From: a virus
Reading direction: 5' to 3' (one strand)
Virus record (IMG/VR): IMGVR_UViG_3300019487_000003
Coordinates: 1 to 64,000 of that record
DNA: 64,000 nucleotides
A model generated the notes under the pieces. That model saw nothing but the letters and a program-made list of their open reading frames with translations, was not told the origin of the DNA and searched no databases. This document shows positions 61,443 through 64,000 of this stretch, one piece after another. The translations under genes and the position numbers were made by a program. The first letter of the stretch is position 1, and each line of letters opens with the position of its first letter.

Positions 61443-61638
61443 TATCGTCCTGACTTACGATACAAAGAGAAAAGATTCAGAACTAGAACAATATAGTATA
61501 GAACTTATTTCTTATATCAACAAAGTCCTTAGAGAGCACCTTCCTGCTGATCTTCCCCAATTTAGTATAGAAATTGGGCAAAATGAGAAATTAAAAATAG
61601 GGATTCGTCCTCATGACGAGGATGAAGTCGTAGAATAG
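61393..61638 (+). CDS. Hypothetical small protein (doubtful start; 50-nt overlap)
   Basis: It is the only ORF covering 61443-61638. Confidence 0.3.
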   Translation: MKKDRGKKQSAAIRVYNIVLTYDTKRKDSELEQYSIELISYINKVLREHLPADLPQFSIEIGQNEKLKIGIRPHDEDEVVE

Positions 61639-61691
61639 CAATCCACGATCCTTCAGTTCGCTAAATAAATTAGCAACATAAGGATCATCAA

Positions 61692-62363
61692 ATGCCAAGA
61701 AAAAAGCAGTCAACCTTAATAGCCTCGTTGTGGAAATTTTGTTATGTCTGTCTTAATTTGTTCTTTTGGAGTTTGCCCACATTTGTTCTATTATTTCTAA
61801 TTAACTCGGGCACAATTGAAGTGCCCGGGCCATATCCCGTTGTCAAACATAGTTCTCCTGATAATATTCATGAACTTTTACCAAACACTCATTGGGGTAG
61901 TTTGAAACCATGTGGTGTATTATTTGACGAGAAACTAGAATTTGAATTAGCATTACAATGTGTTAATGAAAAGGTATGGCCAGAATCACCTTTGCCTATG
62001 GACCAGGAGGAATTTCCTATTCCTAGATGCTACATTGTCAGTGCTGAAAGTCCAGATGTTTTCGGAAATGAAGTTTTTAATTTTGTTCCTGTTGTAACTG
62101 TTTTTGGAACTGGTGCTGTTCTAGGATTTTATCAACCAGAATCAAAAACAGTTTTCATAGTCGAAAATGTTGATGCTGCAATGATCTATAGACATGAGTT
62201 GCAACACTTATTTTTACACCTTCATGATCCAGAAACAAGAGGGATGGGACATGATCAAGATATATGGTACAAGTGTGAAGCACCAAGATATACACCTTCT
62301 GTTAGTGCTGAAGTTATTGGATCATTAATGAACGATATTCGAACCCACGGACAAGATAAATAA
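61692..62363 (+). CDS. Membrane-anchored protein with an HExxH motif
   Basis: N-terminal TM 'FCYVCLNLFFWSLPTFVLLFLI'. 'YRHELQHLFLHLHD' near the C-terminus. AAGGA SD. Confidence 0.5.
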   Translation: MPRKKQSTLIASLWKFCYVCLNLFFWSLPTFVLLFLINSGTIEVPGPYPVVKHSSPDNIHELLPNTHWGSLKPCGVLFDEKLEFELALQCVNEKVWPESPLPMDQEEFPIPRCYIVSAESPDVFGNEVFNFVPVVTVFGTGAVLGFYQPESKTVFIVENVDAAMIYRHELQHLFLHLHDPETRGMGHDQDIWYKCEAPRYTPSVSAEVIGSLMNDIRTHGQDK

Positions 62364-62367
62364 ACGC

Positions 62368-62607
62368 ATGTCACTTTGGGGATTAAATAAAAAACCAACA
62401 TTTTTGCCAAATGCTATTGCAACAGCAAGAGGCTGGGTCGATCCTTCAACAGGAGAAATTGTTGTAGCTATTAGTCAATTAGAAGAAAAGAGACACGATT
62501 TTCTTGACGATTCAGCAGAAAATTTATTGTTAGAAGATGGTGGATTGTTTTTGCTTGAACCAAATATTGGTGATGAAGGCCCTGACTTTTTAGTTTTAGA
62601 TTTATAG
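62368..62607 (+). CDS. Small protein paralogous to the N-terminus of 43234..43740
   Basis: See 43234. GATAAATA lies 5 nt upstream of the ATG. Confidence 0.5.
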   Translation: MSLWGLNKKPTFLPNAIATARGWVDPSTGEIVVAISQLEEKRHDFLDDSAENLLLEDGGLFLLEPNIGDEGPDFLVLDL

Positions 62608-62616
62608 TAGGAATTT

Positions 62617-64000
62617 ATGGCAGATAAGAAAATTAGCGAATTAACAGCAGCAGGACCATTATCAGGAACAGAAGTGGTTCCTGTAGTTCAATCAGGTGTA
62701 ACAAAGAAAACAACTGCCGCAGACATCGCAGCACTAGGTGGCGGCGGTGGTGCTGTATCGAGTGTTAATGGTGAAATGGGGGCAGTTGTTCTTGATGCGC
62801 TAGAAATAGATGTAGCATCATTAGTTCCTAGTGAATATACGCCCGCTGATTCATCTGTAGAAGGACATTTGTCTGGTATAGATACTGCATTTTCTAATTT
62901 AAGTGATGTTGCATTTTCAGGAGATTATAGTGATTTGTTAAATCTTCCAACCTTAGGTACTGCCGCGGATAATGATGAAGGTGATTTTGCAACTTCAGGA
63001 CAAGGAACGCTTGCTGATAGTGCTGTTCAACCAGAGGATATGATTTATGATAATGTTTATTATGTTGCCAAGCACGGAAGCGATTCAAATCCGGATGGTT
63101 CTTTTTCAGCACCATTTTTAACAATTCAGAAGGCAGCAGATTTTATAGGTTCTGCATCAAACTCATCTGAATTCAACGATTCATCATTGAGATTTTTTAG
63201 AGTAAATGTTGGGCCTGGAGTATATACTGAAAACGTTACTTTTGGGACTCGTCCACATATCGTTTTAGACTTAGGTGATGCATTGGTTGTGGGTGATATA
63301 ACAGCTCAATATGATCAAGGGGGAACGTTTGGTGGCACTTTTCAAGCAACCCATCTTTCAATCTTAGGTTCAAATCTTAGAAGCTATACTGCCTCAACTA
63401 TACCTAGACTTGGTGTTGAAGGTCAAGTTATTTTAGAGAGTATAGGTAGTGGTAGCTCTTTGTTTATGCTATTGAGTCTAATCAATACCGGAGTTAGCTC
63501 TAACATTCGTAAAAGACTTGGCTCTGGTGGAGGAACTTTTACTGGACAAGTTTTCATAGATAGCACAAATGTCGGCGGATCAGTTATCAATGAAGTTGGA
63601 TCAGGAAGCACCACTTTATATGCTGCAAATTCTGATACATCTTCAACACAAGCAATCGGCGGAGTTAGTGGAGCTGTAAATTTAAATTCTATTAGAAATG
63701 TTCGTTTTAATGGCGCTGTTGTCGTAAACTCTGCCCACGGAAGATGGTTTAACGTAGAATTTAAATCGGGCCAGGCCCATGATTTCACTGGTTCTTCTGG
63801 TGCAATTTCTGTAGATGCTAATTCTTACGCAAGCTATTTCAATAATGTCCCAACAAAGGGATCAGAAACGTTTACTTTTTTGGATGAAGCAAGGGGAATT
63901 AAGACCGCAGTTACAGCAACAAATTATTCTGCTGGAAGTGATAACTTGAAAACTCACCTTGAGGGCGTTGATACTGCTTTAGGATTACGTGCAAGACGTG
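62617..64000 (+). CDS. Tail fibre / tailspike, 5' part (runs off the window; absent from the ORF track because no stop is reached)
   Basis: Manual translation gives MADKKISELTAAGPLSGTEVVPVVQSGVTKKTTAADIA... (a common fibre N-terminus). 'YYVAKHGSDSNPDGSFSAPFLTIQKAADFIG' is typical of the N-cap of a right-handed beta-helix. Frame 1 is open to nt 63999. Confidence 0.7.
   Translation, partial: MADKKISELTAAGPLSGTEVVPVVQSGVTKKTTAADIAALGGGGGAVSSVNGEMGAVVLDALEIDVASLVPSEYTPADSSVEGHLSGIDTAFSNLSDVAFSGDYSDLLNLPTLGTAADNDEGDFATSGQGTLADSAVQPEDMIYDNVYYVAKHGSDSNPDGSFSAPFLTIQKAADFIGSASNSSEFNDSSLRFFRVNVGPGVYTENVTFGTRPHIVLDLGDALVVGDITAQYDQGGTFGGTFQATHLSILGSNLRSYTASTIPRLGVEGQVILESIGSGSSLFMLLSLINTGVSSNIRKRLGSGGGTFTGQVFIDSTNVGGSVINEVGSGSTTLYAANSDTSSTQAIGGVSGAVNLNSIRNVRFNGAVVVNSAHGRWFNVEFKSGQAHDFTGSSGAISVDANSYASYFNNVPTKGSETFTFLDEARGIKTAVTATNYSAGSDNLKTHLEGVDTALGLRARR

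Overview
All credible genes in this 64-kb window lie on the + strand. It is a slice of an AT-rich tailed-phage genome of the T4 superfamily. The T4 replication and recombination core is readable directly from the translations, in T4-like relative order: gp55 late sigma, gp47/gp46 (Mre11/Rad50), gp45 clamp, gp44/gp62 clamp loader, RegA, gp43 DNA polymerase, UvsX, gp41 helicase, gp61 primase and RNase H, with UvsY and UvsW upstream. Virion genes are interleaved with them: a gp22-like scaffold, the gp23 capsid protein, a gp19-family tube protein and several fibre-like proteins. Nucleotide-metabolism genes are dUTPase, dCMP deaminase, ThyX, a class II (B12-type) ribonucleotide reductase, an NT5C-type deoxyribonucleotidase and family-1 UDG. 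Other recognisable genes are a GH24 lysozyme, a RuvC-like resolvase, an ExoI-like DEDD exonuclease and a CobT-like/CobS-like pair. I found no tRNA, rRNA, CRISPR array, integrase, transposase or homing endonuclease. Minus-strand ORFs in the track all look like shadows of + genes. The main findings are:
- Promoters positioned so that several genes should be leaderless.
- A DNA polymerase gene split in the fingers region by two unrelated, translationally coupled genes.
- A 1291-aa LamG protein carrying about 48 tandem 20-aa repeats.
- A 340-bp non-coding region with stacked perfect hairpins.
- An accessory cassette downstream of gp41: a beta-class methyltransferase, a nuclease-like ORF, a KxDG ligase-like ORF and an NMNAT-like/ParB-like fusion.
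- Orphan antitoxin-like domains.
- A secreted Cys-rich repeat protein.
Host, GC values and homologies are inferred by eye. No searches or computations were run.
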